A stretch of DNA of 64,000 bases from assembly GCA_951406725.2 (NCBI GenBank), contig OX597825.1, positions 79,236,001-79,300,000 on the forward strand, written 5' to 3'. The DNA is from Octopus vulgaris. Taxonomy: Eukaryota. The notes under the pieces were generated by a model that worked only from the letters and a program-made list of their open reading frames with translations, was not told the origin of the DNA and ran no database searches. Below are positions 27,601 through 42,600 of the stretch, one piece after another. Positions within the stretch are counted from its first letter, which is position 1. Every line of letters starts with the position of its first letter. A program made the translations under genes and the position numbers.

Positions 27601-30600
27601 AAAGATTGTGGGTAAGGCCAGAACAATGCGAAATAAATGCAAAGCAAATCACAAGAACACAAATATATGAATTAATGTTGACTTACCTTGTATTCAATAT
27701 TTCAGGGTTATGACCACATTTTCAAGAAACTGATGAATGTTGACGTGCGTATGTGTAAGTACATCGGCAACATTCGTCTATTTCTTGAAAATGTGTTCGT
27801 AACCCCAAAATATTGAATACAAAGTAAGTCTACATTAATCCACATATTTGTTTTCTTGTGATTTACCTTGCATTTACTTCACTTTGTTTTGGCTTTGCCA
27901 ATTGTCTTTTATACAATATATACACACACGACCATCATTGTTTAATTTACAAGTCAGATCAGGAAAATCCTGCTACCGAATACCAGGTGCTTTAGTTTCA
28001 TGGTTGGGTGGTTGGCAACTAAACTGGATCCCCCATCTGGCAAGTCAGGTGAGGAGGGGTTGTAGACACCTCAGCAGGACTAAAATCAAGACTTGTCAAA
28101 GGACTGACCAGCTCACTATGAGCCGATGGCCATCCACACAAGTGGTGCCCCGTAAAAGCATCCTGTGTGTGGGCAGGCAAACCATGCAGCTGGTCCAAGA
28201 CAATAGCCACAAAAACTCCAATGAAAGACGTATTGTGCTCTGGAGTTGGTGTCATTTAGCTTCTGTTTTCCCAATCTTGCATGGGTCAGACAGAATTTGT
28301 TGAAGCAGATTTTCCACGGCTGGATGCTCTTCCTGTCACCTCCCTTCACCTGTTTACAATCAAGGTAATATTTTCCCATAGCTAGACATGTTTTTCATGA
28401 AAGACTGGAAACAAAACAACTTCGCTTGTATGACAGTGATGCTCATTTACAACCATTACCTGGTGTCCAGACAAATGAGAAGCCAACAAATAATAGGATC
28501 TTTACCTTTTGACCTTACAGATTTAAAAATAATTATTTATAACTAAACACTTTCAAACTTCGGACACTGGTAGAATGTGTCATATAAAACATCTTTTACT
28601 CTTAGCATTTTTGAGAAAAACTTATATTTACGAAGTTACTTCACGTTAAAGTTCTCGTATTTCTGTAATTTCAACCAATCAATGATGTGTATTCAGCTGG
28701 ATAAAATTACTGCCATTGTTTGTCAACAACAACTATCGGCGGTGTATTTTTTGTTTGTCACTGTTATTTATGACATTGTTCATTCGTTTGTACTGGTTCT
28801 AAGGTTAAGGTTTTAGGGTTAGGGTTGTCATAAATAACAGTGACAAACGGAATATACACCGCCGGAAGTTCTTGTTGACAAATAGCAGCAGTAATTTTAT
28901 CCAGTTGAATACACATCATTGATTGGTTGAAATTACCGAAATACGAGAACTTTAACATGAAATAACTTCGTAAATATAAGTTTTTCTCAAAAATGCTAAG
29001 AGTAAAAGATGTTTTATATGACACATTCTATCAGTGTCTGAAGTTTGGAAGTGTTTAGTTACAAAAAATTATTTAAAAAATCTGTCGGTCAAAAGGTAAA
29101 GATCCAAAAACTTTGTTCTTATTCTGTAACTTGAGTAACAACTGACACAGGGCCAAAGAAATGCTTTAATCCTCCACGCATAAGGCAACACTTGCTCCAG
29201 TACTGGTGGCATGGTTTAAATAGACTCAGTCTGTGCTGTAAGACATAATCAACAACATTGAAATTCTTGGTAGGGTGTCAAAATATCGGAGAACAATGGA
29301 AGAATATTCACCTTTTCGAGTATCAACTTTGTAACTATCAGTGTGTACAATAATTTTCAGCATATTCAGACAATTTACAGTAAAGTGAGGGAAATGGAGA
29401 CCTGAAAATACACACGAAAATAAATGAGTTAAAAAAAATAAAGAAAAAGAAAAGGCATTTGAAAGGAATCTTAGACATGTTCTGGATAACATTATTATTA
29501 TTATTATATATATTATATATATCTGTAAAATAATATGTGACAATTATTCAATAGCCACTGAATAATTGTCACATATTATTTTACAGATAAATTTCCTCTA
29601 TTATATATACACACACGACAGGCTTCTTTCAGTTTCCATCTACCAAATCCACTCACAAGGCTTTGGTCGGCCTGAGGTTATAGTAGAAGTCACTTGCTCA
29701 AAGGTTTTATGCAATGCACATAGCCATGCCTGAATAAATTTTTGTTGTTTTATGAAATGAATGCTATTACGTTTAAACAGTATCACGCTCTGCAATGTTG
29801 GTAGTAAACTCTTAGTGAACAATCCATAAGCTAGGTTCAAATCCCACTGGTGGTAATTATTTCTTTATTTACACTTCTGATGTCCTTCAGATAATAAGAT
29901 GGCCTAAATTCCTACATCCCTCTGTTCTGCAGATGAATAAGATTGCTCACCCACCCATAGATTAAACTACTACAATAAACGATACTAGTGACCATATTAA
30001 GTATTAAGAGTGACTACATTAAATGATGCTGCAGTAAATACTAGTTGGTGGTCACATGAAAAGGTGCCACACGAACCAAGTTAGAGACCATGTAAAATGG
30101 CACTGTTGTTTTGGTCTGAGCAGATGAAATGTGCTACCAAACCAGTATAAGATGGGGGAACCTGTGACAGGTGCCACCACACCTGTCAGTAGGCTGACAG
30201 GTGACACTAGAATCAAGAGAAGATATCACTTACTTTCACCAGTATCCACAAAGTTGTACCTTGCTACAAACTGCAAAGTTGTTGGTATAAACTGGACAAA
30301 TGAGAGAGGATGAACTTCCAACATATCTATCAGCTGTAGAGGAAAGAGAGAGAGAGAGATATTAGATGATAAGGAAGTAGTAAGGTGACTTTAATAGTGG
30401 TGCTTTATTAAAGAAAGGTGAGGGGAGGTGTCGGAAAATATTCAGGTGAGGGATTAACCCTTTCGTTACTGTATTTATTTTGAGATGCTCTGTGGTTCTT
30501 TCAATTGCTTTAAATATAACAAAGAATTTAGTAAAATAACTTAGATATCATTCAGCTAATGTTAAGAACATAAATTGGGACTAGGGTTTGGTGGAAGATT

Positions 30601-33600
30601 TTAATTCAAAACTTATGGAAACAAGATATTTGAACTACAGAACCAGAGGCAGTTTCAGCAGGGTTGGTAACGAAAGAGTTAAGGGGAGGAGTGAATTGGG
30701 GGGGGGGATTAAAGTGTGAAGAGAAAGCAAGAGCACTTGGAGATTTTATTTATTTACACACACACATATCATGTGAGAGAAAATTTGTAGAACACAGAAA
30801 GGATTTAGCAGGATGCAGATGGTATATAGAGGATGTTGATTTTGTAGAAAGAATGCAGGGAGTGAAATAAAAAAGGGGTGTTTCTGACACACAGAAGACT
30901 TGTCTAAACACATTTGGAAGTATCTCCAACAACAAATATAATACTTTTTAAAAAGAATCCACTGACATCAAAGTGTTGTATTGTAGTGTATAACAGTTTT
31001 TCTTTAAAATGATCAATATCAAAAATGTTTCTTTAGTATGTCTATTATTATTATTATTATCAACATTATCATCATCATTAGGTGTTGTTTAAAAAAGACT
31101 CAATGCCAGGTAAAGTACAATTTCTTTTTCTTTACCAAAGCTACAAAAATATATGGAATGGTTTACCTACCACTTTTGTCATCAGTAAAATTAATTTCTC
31201 ACATTTTTCAACCATCTGCTGATTCCCCCAGAGATTACGCCCTGGAAAAGTAAATAAAACACAGCAACATCAGTCAACAGACACACAGTAATATTACAAG
31301 GCAAAAAAATTATTATTTGTCCAGACATTTTAAACTTATCATATTGGTTATCAACCACTGTAGTAATGAAAAACAGAGCAGTGAGCAATTACGAGGCTAA
31401 AACAATGAACTTAGTACGACAGACAAAAGAATACGTTTTTATTTCAAGCTAATGGTTGTCTGCTAAGATCCAACCAAGGTATCTCACAATGCATCTGGAC
31501 CACAAGTTAATTTGTAACACACACAACAGATGTAAACATTGTATTTTCAGATCTTTATTTAACGATAAAGAATTTCAAGTGGTAGGGCTGTGATTTCCTC
31601 TTCAATAACATGTATCTTTTCCATAGCAAGATGTATGTGCCTGTCCCTCTATTATACTTTAGCCTCTCAACACAGCATATAACCACCTCCCCCAATACTA
31701 CAATCCCACTCATTTGAGGTGGTGGTGGTGGCAGAGCTTTTTATTACTCTTGTAAGTTATTTGATAACCTCATTGGTCCCAATGTCAAAAAGATCTGAAA
31801 TCTGCAACACTTTCAGTTCCAGGAATTTTAGGATAAGGGATCCTCAACTGCAATATGTCCAGTGTGTCTCCAACTCTCTTCTTTTCTAATTACAGCTTTG
31901 TGAGTTAAGATGGGAGACTTTGGTCCTTCAGTATAAAATTATTGTTGTTTAGCCCAAGGTCAATCTTAACTGAGCAAATACATACTCAGCTGTGAGCCCA
32001 ATGCCGAGACAGGATTTAAATACTTGTATTTGAATGTTGTCTCTTGAACATGTATCTATTTAGGGAAAGATCCTTCTAGAAGGGAAAAACCAAAAATTTT
32101 AAACTGGTAGGCCTATCTTTACCTATGGTCATCAGTATTGGATAATGACTAGAAGGGAACAACCATGAATACAAGCGGTCAAAATGGAGGTTCCTCAAAA
32201 GGAACTCTGGAGTAATGTTACTTGAGAGGGTGCATAGCTTGGAGATCAGGGAGTCTCTCCAGGTCAGGTCACTACTTCTCCACACCGAGAGGTCAAGTCT
32301 GGTGTTACAGACATGTAACTAGAATGTTGCAAGAAAGACTTTCCAAGTCAAGTCAACTGGAGTAAGACTTTGGGGCAGACCAAGAACAAAATGGTTGGAC
32401 AATATCCATAGCCACAGTTGGTCAGGCTTGGAAATCCAGCCAGAACAAGTAATGATGGTTGCTTCAGTTAGGATGCTCTTAGAGGAGGTGCCTGAGGGCT
32501 ATACCTCAACAACCCTAACTCAGGAACAGAGGGTGGATAAGATGGATGGATAAATGGAATCTGAAAGCAATTCAATAACATCACTCACTACATTCTAAAA
32601 ACGGATCCAGTCTTGAAAATATCATGTTGATAAATACAATGACATCAGTGGGAAGTTGCTGATCCTTGAATCCAAAACAAACCAATTTTCTTAAAACTGT
32701 AAAAACAGAAATAAAAACAATATCAACATGTTATACATACAAAGGAAGAGAAATAGGAAGAGTAAGGGAGAGATTTTTTTTCAAGGGTTCATTAAATAAA
32801 GACCAGATACCAAGCTAAGGTCATAAGAGATGCAGGTGTGGCTGTGTGGTAAGAAGTTTGCTTCCCAACCACATGGTTCTCAGTTCAGTCCCACTGCGTG
32901 GCACCTTGGGCAATATAAGACCCAACAATCCAAGTGCGACCATAACCCATGACCTATGCCAGGGGTGTAACCAGCCCACTTATGCATACCTTTCCTTCAT
33001 TGGACACTAAACTCTGGTTGTGAAGACCTGTTGAGGCAAGTAAAATCAAAATCAAATTCGATGACAGCACCGCATGACTGGCATCCATGCTAGTGGAGCG
33101 CTAAGAGCACCATCCAAGCGTGATTGTTGTCAGGGCTACTGACTGGCTTCCGTGCCGGTGGCACGTAAAAAGCACCATTTGAGTGTGATCGTTACCAGCG
33201 TCGCCTTAATGGCACGTAAAAAGACATTTGAGTGAGGTCATTGCCAGTCCCGCTGGACTGGCTCCTTTGCAGGTGGCACATAAAAAAACACCATTTGAAT
33301 GTGGCCATTGCCAGTACCGCCTGACTGGCCCTCATGCCGGTCACACTTAAAAGCACCCACTACACTTTTGGAGTGGTTGGTGTTAGCATGGGCATCCAGC
33401 TGTAGAAACTCTGCCAGATCTGATTGGTGCCTGGTGCAGCCATCTGGTTCGCCAGTCCTCAGTCAAATCGTCCAACCCATGCTAGCATGGAAAGCGGACA
33501 CTAAACGATAATGATGATGTATACAGCTTGTCCTTTCAGGTGCCAGTGCCACTTAAAAACCACCGGTGTCAGAGATACATAAATGCACCTGTGCTGGCAG

Positions 33601-36600
33601 CATGTAAAATGCGCCCAATACAGTGGTTAAGTAGTTGGCTTTAGGAAGGGCATCCAGCCATAGAAACCATGCCACAACAGACAGTTGAGGTCTGCTAGCC
33701 ATCTCCATGTTAAATTGACCAACCCATGCCAGCATCGAAAGAAGACATTAAATGATGATGATGGTGATGGTGGTGTGTGTGTGCATATATACATATATAT
33801 ATGTATATATACATACACACATAATGAGCTTCCCCACAGTTTCCACCAACCAAATTTGCTAAAAAGGCATCGGGTAGTTCAGAGTTTTAGCAGGTGTTGC
33901 TGAAGAGTGATACTTAGCCTGAAATCAAGCAGTGGCAAAGCCAATTTCTTAATAATCATAAAGACATGTCTGTGCCTAAATCAGGAAATTCCAATGACCA
34001 AAACCAGGGTTTCTCACATGCAAAGCAAACACTTTACCACTGAATTGCATCTCTGCAACAAGTTTGACCACAGAGGAGTTTTATTCTTCAGGAATGGAAA
34101 GGAATCGAAGAAAACATTCTAAGGAACATAACAGCGATTGTAAATCAAGTGCAAACTCACCTTTGAGCCCTAAAATACTTTTGTCCAAGGATTCTAATAG
34201 ACCATCCTCGTACTTTGACGCAAGCTGCAGAAAGGTCTCCATGTGCGTATTCCACAAGTTCAGCACAAATGAAAACAAGTTGTCCGCTACCTACACACAA
34301 CGAGACACAAACAAACAGATATATACATATATATATATGTGAACAAATATGAAATAGAAGCAGTGCTAGTCTAGTAAACATTACCAACCACACATTTTAT
34401 GTACACGGTTTGTGTGTTTGCTGGTAGGATGCAGTTTGGCATGGTGGAGTTTACTCTCTCAAAGTGCCAGGTTTTAACACCTGGCACACTGAGGGAGTAA
34501 GCTCCACTACGCCAAATTGCAGCCTACCAGCAAAGATATAGGGTATATACGTTAAGTATGTGTGGTTAATAATATGAATGGGCGCTAAAAAGTTCTTGGG
34601 TTTGAGGAAAAGAAAATACAAGAAGATCAGTTAATTATGATTTTATTCAACATATTCCCTTCTCAGATTCTCACAGTTTTTCTAAGCCCTGTAAAAGAAA
34701 TTGGAAAGTTGGGCCTCCAATAAGGCCATTCGTGATACCCTTAAAGCCAGGAACTTTTTAGTACCCTCTTGTTATATGTGTGTTTTATTTTCTCTTTTAT
34801 CTCTTTTACTTGTTTCAATCATTTGAACCCTAACTCACAAGGCTTTGGTTTGCCTAGAGCTATGTAGAAGACGGCCAAGGTGCCTGGCATTTAAAAAAAA
34901 TTATTTTTACAATTCTCCATATAAATGATGTTTTGAGAGAGAGAGAGAGAGGGAAAGAGAGAGAATGGAAAAAAGGAAAAAAAAAAAAGATAAAAGCCAC
35001 AACTGAAAGAGGAATGAAATCATAATAATGATTTGATGTCGCAGTTCAGCCGAGTGACGTACACCACTGCTAGCTGTATATTCTAGCAGTCTACAATATA
35101 AACAGTCTGAGTGTGAAAAACTTGGAACCAATGCCAACAGAGAGCAGACAAAGTGTATAACAGATATGAAAGTGGTTTTATTGATTTTAGAGTGGGAGAC
35201 ATTGTGCATGCTTCCAGCTGCTTGGAGATATGTGGAAAGGGTTAATTTCGTAAATATGTCTTATTGAATATTGAGCAGGCAGATCACCAGGCTGCGTTTC
35301 TGTTTTTTCCTCTCAATACAACCGACTGTAAAGTACTGATGAGGTGGTCAGCTAGGTTGAAGTTTGCTAAGCTTACGGCTAAAGCAATATTTTCTACCAA
35401 GTCACCTGGTACTGTTATTTTTTTTTGGACTTGTCTTAGTCATCAGACTGCGGTCATGCTGGAGCACTGCCTCAAAGGATTTTACTTGAATAGATCGACC
35501 TCAGTATTAACTTTTTTTCGTAAGTCTGGTACTTTTTAAATTATGTCTCTTTTGCCAGACTGCTATGTTATGGGGGATGTAAACAAACCAACAGCAGTTG
35601 TCAAATGCTGGGAAGGAGACAAACACACACACACAAAACAAGCTTCAATACAGCTTCCATCTATCAAAATCACTTACAAGGCATTGCTCAGACCTGGGAT
35701 CTACTAGTGCTATGCAGAGGGACTGAACCCGAACCTGTGTGGATGCAAAATAGGCTTCTTAACCATACAGCCATGTCGGGAATTTTTACAACTAAACCTT
35801 GTTACCAGGAAGTTTGTATCATAGAACCATGGCAGTCTCAGGCAGGTTAATGTAAAAAGGGTTGAATGAAGCCCAAGGAAATGAGGGATCTACATGGTAG
35901 TATCAATAGCCAACCTACACTGTTCACTCATACTCCTTAGGCATGGAGTTTGGACCACAGTGGCTCAGTAGGCTAAGACTGCTGTGGTGACCAGCAAGTT
36001 GTGGGTTTTACATTGGAGTGGCCTTCTCATAAACAAATTTGCCTTAAAGGGCTACTCTGGAATTACTTGAAGAATATCGAAGAGGGCATCAGATTGCCTA
36101 AAGGGTTCTTCTTCTTTATTGCTGTCAAGGCTGATTCCCTAAGCCATTTCCTTTCCCAAGACACTCACAAGGCAGTAAGAGTTTTTGCTTAGAGTTTCTT
36201 CCATAACATGTTGATTAACCTGCAGCTGGGATCCTGACAGGTGCTGCTATTCTGGGTCAGAGTAGACCTGGGAACCTTAGTGGCTAAGAAGTGGTTCCAC
36301 ACCCCTCAAAACCAGGGCCCCACTACTGGATTCAGTTTAAAGTCACACCCAAGACTATATCTAATGTACAGTATGTATATCATATATCTTGGTATCTTTA
36401 TTTCAGACATAATGTATGTAGGATCACATTATCCAATGTTTCCCCCAAATATTGTTTTTTGTTTTCAAGACAATAGTTAATGAGGTCGTGATTTGAGAGA
36501 GGGATTTAACTGTTGTTTCTAACAGGTCGACAGAACAGTAATTCCTCTGCACCATGAGGAAATGTCCGATTAATTTTCGCATTCCCTGCAAAAGTAATAT

Positions 36601-39600
36601 CACATCTGATGATGAAAATATCAATTTTCTAAGAATTAATTTATTTTTTCAGAACGCCTGATAATAGGCTCTCCCTCTTTGGCTTATATGATATAAAGTA
36701 GGTGGGAGAAACAAAAAGGAAGACACTCACTTCTTCAAAGAGCTTGCGGTCAGCCATGAGACGTTTTGAAGCCAGCGACTTAATGACATGATGCAGCACA
36801 AGGAGGGAACGTTCTTGTAGCAGTCTATCATTACAACGCACAACCATTAACAGTGTGGGGATTAACTCAGGCCAATACCTCGGGCAGTCCATACGAGCTA
36901 TCTTACCAATAAGGACAGCAAGCTGGGTAGCAACCTGGAAAACACAACATACAATAGGATTAGAGATAATAATAGTAGTAATAATAATAATTTCAAATTT
37001 TGGCACAAGGCCTGACATTTTAGGGGAGGGGACAAGTTGATAAAGTTGACCCCAGTGTTTCACTAGTATTTACTTCACTGACTCTGAAAGGCAGTCGACC
37101 TTGGTGGAATCTGAACTTGGAATGCTAAGATGGACTAAATGCCTATTTCTTTACTACCCACAAGGGGCTAAACACAGAGGGGACGAACAAGGACAGACAA
37201 ATGTATTAAGTCGATTACATTGACCCCAGTGCGTAACTGGTACTTATTTAATCGACCCCGAAAGGATGAAAGGCAAAGTTGACCTCGGATGAATTTGAAC
37301 TCAGAACGTAGCGGCAAACGAAATACTGCTAAGCATTTTGCCTGGTGTGCTAACGATTCTGCCAGCTCCGACTCCCTTGGACTAAATGCAACTATGCATT
37401 TTACTTAGCATTCGAACTCAGAATGTGAAAAGCCAGAAGAAATATTGCAAAGGTATTTTGTCCTAAGTTCAAAACGATTCCACCTTAATAACATGTCTTC
37501 ACGTGATATACAAAACCACTCCATTTTAATGCATTCGTCTTTAAATCCACACCATCTGTCATTTTGTGCTTTAGTTAAGTAATGTTCCAGACATCAGCTT
37601 AATAACGACAAAGTTACACGATTAAGCTTCACCAGATGACGAGGTCATGCGGCTCGATGGCAGGAATAACACACGAAGTCACATACATACATCATGCACT
37701 TGCATGATCCGTCAGGGAGCAAGTGGCTGGGAAGCAAACACCTTAGTCCCACAGATCTGCCAGGACTGCAGCAAATTCCTGATAATTCTTTAGGAAAATT
37801 AACTGAAACACACACAAAGGTTGTGTATTTCAATTGAAATATGAAGATGAACAGGTGGTTAAAGAATTAAAAAAAACTGTGTGAACAGCTGTGAAACCTG
37901 ACTGACTGATTGTCCAGCAAAGTAGGTACTCACCTGTGGTACAGGCTCATTGAAGTTATCTATTAGACGCTTCTTTAGAGCATTCTTCTCTTCTTCTGCT
38001 ATGGCACTAAAGGTGAAAGGAGAAAAATAGAAAAATTAAGGGTGTAGATACAAAATAACAATGGAGAAAGAGTTTGTAAGTGTGAGAGAGAGTAAGAAGA
38101 CAAGGAGGGATGGTAAGATGGAGAGAAGGAGCATGTGAGAAAGAAAGTGGGAACATTAGTGAGGTAGAGGGTGTGAGAGAGAGAGAGAGTAGAAACATGA
38201 GTAACAGAGAAAAAAGAGAGATATATCAACAAGATAAACAGGAAATTCAAACTCCCAAACAGCATTTGTATACATCAGGTTGTAAAGTAATTGGATGACA
38301 CTAAACAGCGTAGATCATCTCATTATCATCATCATCGTTTAACGCTCGCCTTCCATGCATGCCGGCATGGGTTGGATGGTTGACGGGAGATAGCCAGGCA
38401 GGAGCCTGCACCAAACTTCTGTGTCTGTTTTGGCATGGTTTTTACAGCTGGACCCTGCTCTTCCTAACACCACTGTCAGGAACTGAAGATGAGACGGGTC
38501 ATGTTTGAAATTCTCAAAAAGAATTTGGGTAGATGTTGGCAAGTTGAAATTAGTTGGTTCTGTTTTAAGATTGAGGATGAGTTGGCAAATGTGAAGCTTC
38601 TCCAAAAGAAAAGTCACAAGATTTAATAGGTTCGTAAATGTCTGTCACTTATCTAACATCAGTTCTCTGGCTTGCCGGCTCCTGTCAAACCATTCAACCC
38701 ATGTCAGCATCGAGGAGAGACATTAAATGGTGATAATATATGACAGATATGACAGGCTTCTTTCAGTTTGTCTACCAAATCCAGGCTATGGTTGGCCTGA
38801 GGTTATAATAGAAGACATTTGCCTAAGGTGTCATGCAGTGGGATTGAACCAGAAACCCTGTGGTTGGGAAGCAAACTTCTTACCACACATCCATGCCAGC
38901 ACCTTAATTACAATACAACAAATTCTTCATAAGAGTCTTTAGAATCTACCAAAATGCATTTCAACCAATCAACAGTGGAATACTTACTTGGGAGCATTTC
39001 GCCGCCAGTATCGTTCAATACCATTCTTAAAGTAGAGTACAGCCAGCCATCGTATATTAAAATCAATCTCATGATTTTGAAAGATTGTCTGCAAATTGAA
39101 GAGAAAAGGAAAATTATTAAAATAAACCACACAAGACTTTAGAGGGGAGGGGGAGAAAGGGGAGGAAAATGGTTTTAGTTAATGCCAAAACTGAGATAGA
39201 AGCATTCTTGCAATTCCATTCCATCCAAAATACTTTTGCAATCTGAAGACTACCCCCCCCCCCACCCTCACTGCCTTCTTCATAAACACTGAAACAAAAG
39301 CAGGTGAATCTTGCTAGTGAAACGCTTATCGTTATTTTCTATTCTCATATTTTCATAGAATTCCAAAAATATGTCAGCAGCAACATTACCGCTGCATAAA
39401 CACTGCAGTTCTACAAGAGCTGGTGCGTCCATGCTGCAAATTTTCAGAATTGTTATAGTAAGAGTGGCTGTGTGGTAAGAAGCTTGCTTACCAACCACAT
39501 GGTTCTGGGTTCAGTCCCACTGTGTGGCACCTTGGGCGAGTTGTAGTCTCGGGCTGACCAATGCTTTGTGAGTGGATTTGACTTCAGCCATGCTGGAGCA

Positions 39601-42600
39601 CAGCCTCAAAGGATTTTAGTCGAACAAATTGACCCCAGGATTTATTTTTCAAGTCTAGTACTTATTCTATTGGTCTCTTTTGTCAAATTGCTAAGTTACA
39701 GTAACATAAACACACCAGCACTGGTTGTTAAGCAGTGATGGGGGGGGGGGAACAAACACTGACATAGATATATACATATGCACACACTCACACACATCTA
39801 TTGGGTCAGCCCATAAATAACATGGGTTTTTTTTATACTTTTATTTTTAAAATTAAGATAAAGTTCTTTTTTGACCTAAAATACACTCCTTCCTTTTCTA
39901 CAATGCTCTTCTGTCTATCTGGTAAATTTGCAAGGCCCCTCTTCCAAAATTCACTTGTCTATAATGAAAAATACTCCTCCAGTACTGTTCTGACCTCATC
40001 TACAAAATTCATATTTTTTCTGTCCAAATGATTTTGAAGACTGCAGAGTAAATGATAATCAGATGGGGCAATGTCCGGCGAATATGGTCGGGTGAGGCAT
40101 CGTTTCCCATTGAAACTGCTCCAGCCTTTGGAATGTCAGCCTCACTGTATGTGGCCAAGCATTATCCTGATGGAAGAACATCTTTTGTCTTGAAACCACC
40201 AAAGATGGTCATTTTCCTTCTAGTGCTGACTTAAGCTGCTTGCAGAAGATCTTTGTTATCATTTGGCTTGGGTTTGAAAGTTCAAAATGGACTAAATTTT
40301 CATATCCCAAACAGATAACACCTTCTTTAGCCTAGGTGTCAGTATTTCTTCTCTCCCCATCCACTGTCTTCAGCGCTTGACATTCTTATAGCCCATTTCT
40401 CATCACCAGTCATTACTTGGTCCAAAAAAAGGTTCATTCGTAAGACGTGACAGCAAAGAAGAGCACACATTCACTCTTTGCATGCGATTAGACTTGGAAA
40501 GTTTGTGCGGAACCCATTGACCCAATTTGCCGAGTTTTCCAATGGCATGTAACTGTCAAATAGTTGAATGATCAAATCCAAGCTTCTCAAATCCTCAACA
40601 GTTACGATGAGATTTTGTTCCACTGGAGTTTGCAGGATGTCCTCATTGAGCTCTACAGATCTTCCAGGAGGAGGCTTGTCTTCTTGTCTGTAGTTTCTGG
40701 CTTGGAATTTCTAGAGCCATCGTTGACACTGGCTTACGCTTAATGTCCGATCCCAACATAGAGCATTAATATTCCTCACACTTTCCGTTGTGTTGTGGTC
40801 TTTATTGAACTCAGAAAGCAAAATATGCTGAATATGCTCCTTTGTTCCTTCCATTATAGTTTTGAAAAAATAACTGTTAGAATCGACCGGAACTCTTCAA
40901 AACTTGAATTAAGAATAAGCAGAAGGTAAAATTACTATCTGCTTTTATAGCAAGTTGTTGCAGGTAGTTTATCCAACTTTTAGTTCATGCAATTGAAAAA
41001 AAACTGCATTATTTATGGGATGACCAAATATATGATGAGCTTCTTTCAGTTTCTGTCGACCAGATCCACTCACAAAGCTTTAGTCAGCCTGAAGCTATAG
41101 TAGAAGATGCTTGCCCAAGGTACCATGCAGTGGGACTGAACCCAGAACTATGTGGTTGGGAGGCAAGCTTCTTACCACATAGCCACACCTGTGCCTATAT
41201 AAGAAAAATTTTATGAGGAATTGCATGAAAAGATATTACAATATTTTGTGTATTGGAGAAATATAAGCAATTTATTGCAGATAAATTTTTAAAAGAAATT
41301 CTTAAATGGATCCCCAAGGGTCATGTGGACTCTCTTTAAGAACCACTGTATTATATGTAGCAACATCAAAGACAACAGAAACCAAAGAAAAAAAATTAAA
41401 GGATTCAAGAATACTAACAACAAAACATGGATGATATTTCATTACTTTGCTATTTTTTTTTTACAGACATTTCTAAGCAACATGAAGAAACTAGAAGATT
41501 TCTCTTTTCTAAAAAGCGGCATTTGTATGACTATTAAACCCTTAAGCATTCAGCTTACTCTGTCAAATGTAATATTTATTTACACTGTTTTGAAGTAATC
41601 ATGCATTATGTTGTAGCACTGAGATTTCAGTGGGATTGTTTATTTTTAGACTGACATGGTAGAGTAAGAACGAGGGGCCAGACCCGGCTGGTTTGCACAG
41701 GTAGAATATTTGGGGCCAGATAATGGCTGGTTTAAATGCTGAATGGTACAGTGAGAGGGTGGACCATTCATTATGAACACCACCAAATCATTCACCAAAA
41801 TGAGAAAATTGTTATCTCTATAATGTCAGATGTTGTAGCAATAGCATAATTAACAAAGTTATCATAATTAGCAAAGACACAAGGTCTCTTTAGCCTTTAT
41901 CTCTCATTAAACATCCTCCTCTCCCTACAAACAATACACATTCATTCATGAAATGAGAAAATGGTTTTCTCCTTAATGTAAGGTCAAGAAAAAATGTCAT
42001 GTTAACCCTTTTGTTACCAAATTCCTGCTAAAATAAAATACCTTTGTTTTAATTAATTTTGGGTAATAATGAAGAATTAAGTAAAGTAATTTTATCATTC
42101 TTGAACTGGTATTTAGAACATAAAGGACTCCACTTCAGTCATGAATGGCCATGGGATTGCAGCTAGAAAGTCCCCCTCCAAGACACAAATCTGGGCAAGG
42201 TTGTTTGTGTAAGACCGGCAATCACCCATGCATACCAGCCTCCCCTCTCCATGCCACTGATGTTATCCAAGGGAAAAGCGAAGGGACCGATACAGTTTGG
42301 TACCAGTAAATTCGCAACTCATTTCTACAGCTGAATGAACTGGAGCAACATGAAATAAAGCGTCTTGCTCAAGAACACAACACACAGCCTGGTCCGAGAA
42401 TTGAACTCAGTACCTCATGATGTTCTAACCACTGAGCCATCCACCTTCAATGGAACATAAATTAATATGAAATTTCTATCAGGGCTCTGGAGTCGGAGTC
42501 GGTAAAACTATATTGACTCTGATTCCGACTCACAATGTCTTTATTCTTTAATATAAACTAGTTGCAACATATAGGCCTACTCAAAGCACAAGAATATGCT

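Noticed and set aside
27730-27790. CTGATGA inside the 27589-27921 hairpin as a hammerhead
   Set aside because: No correctly placed GAAA, stem III or cleavage triplet.
28577-29024. Two near-identical ORFs on opposite strands (MSYKTSFTLSIFEK...)
   Set aside because: A by-product of the inverted arms of the palindromic MITE; no recognisable protein.
33080-33360. CRISPR-like repeated units (GTGGCACGTAAAAAGCACCATT), also at 43278-43403 and 60314-60560
   Set aside because: Eukaryotic context; the intervening sequences are themselves homologous. These are internal subrepeats of the Meta-like SINE.
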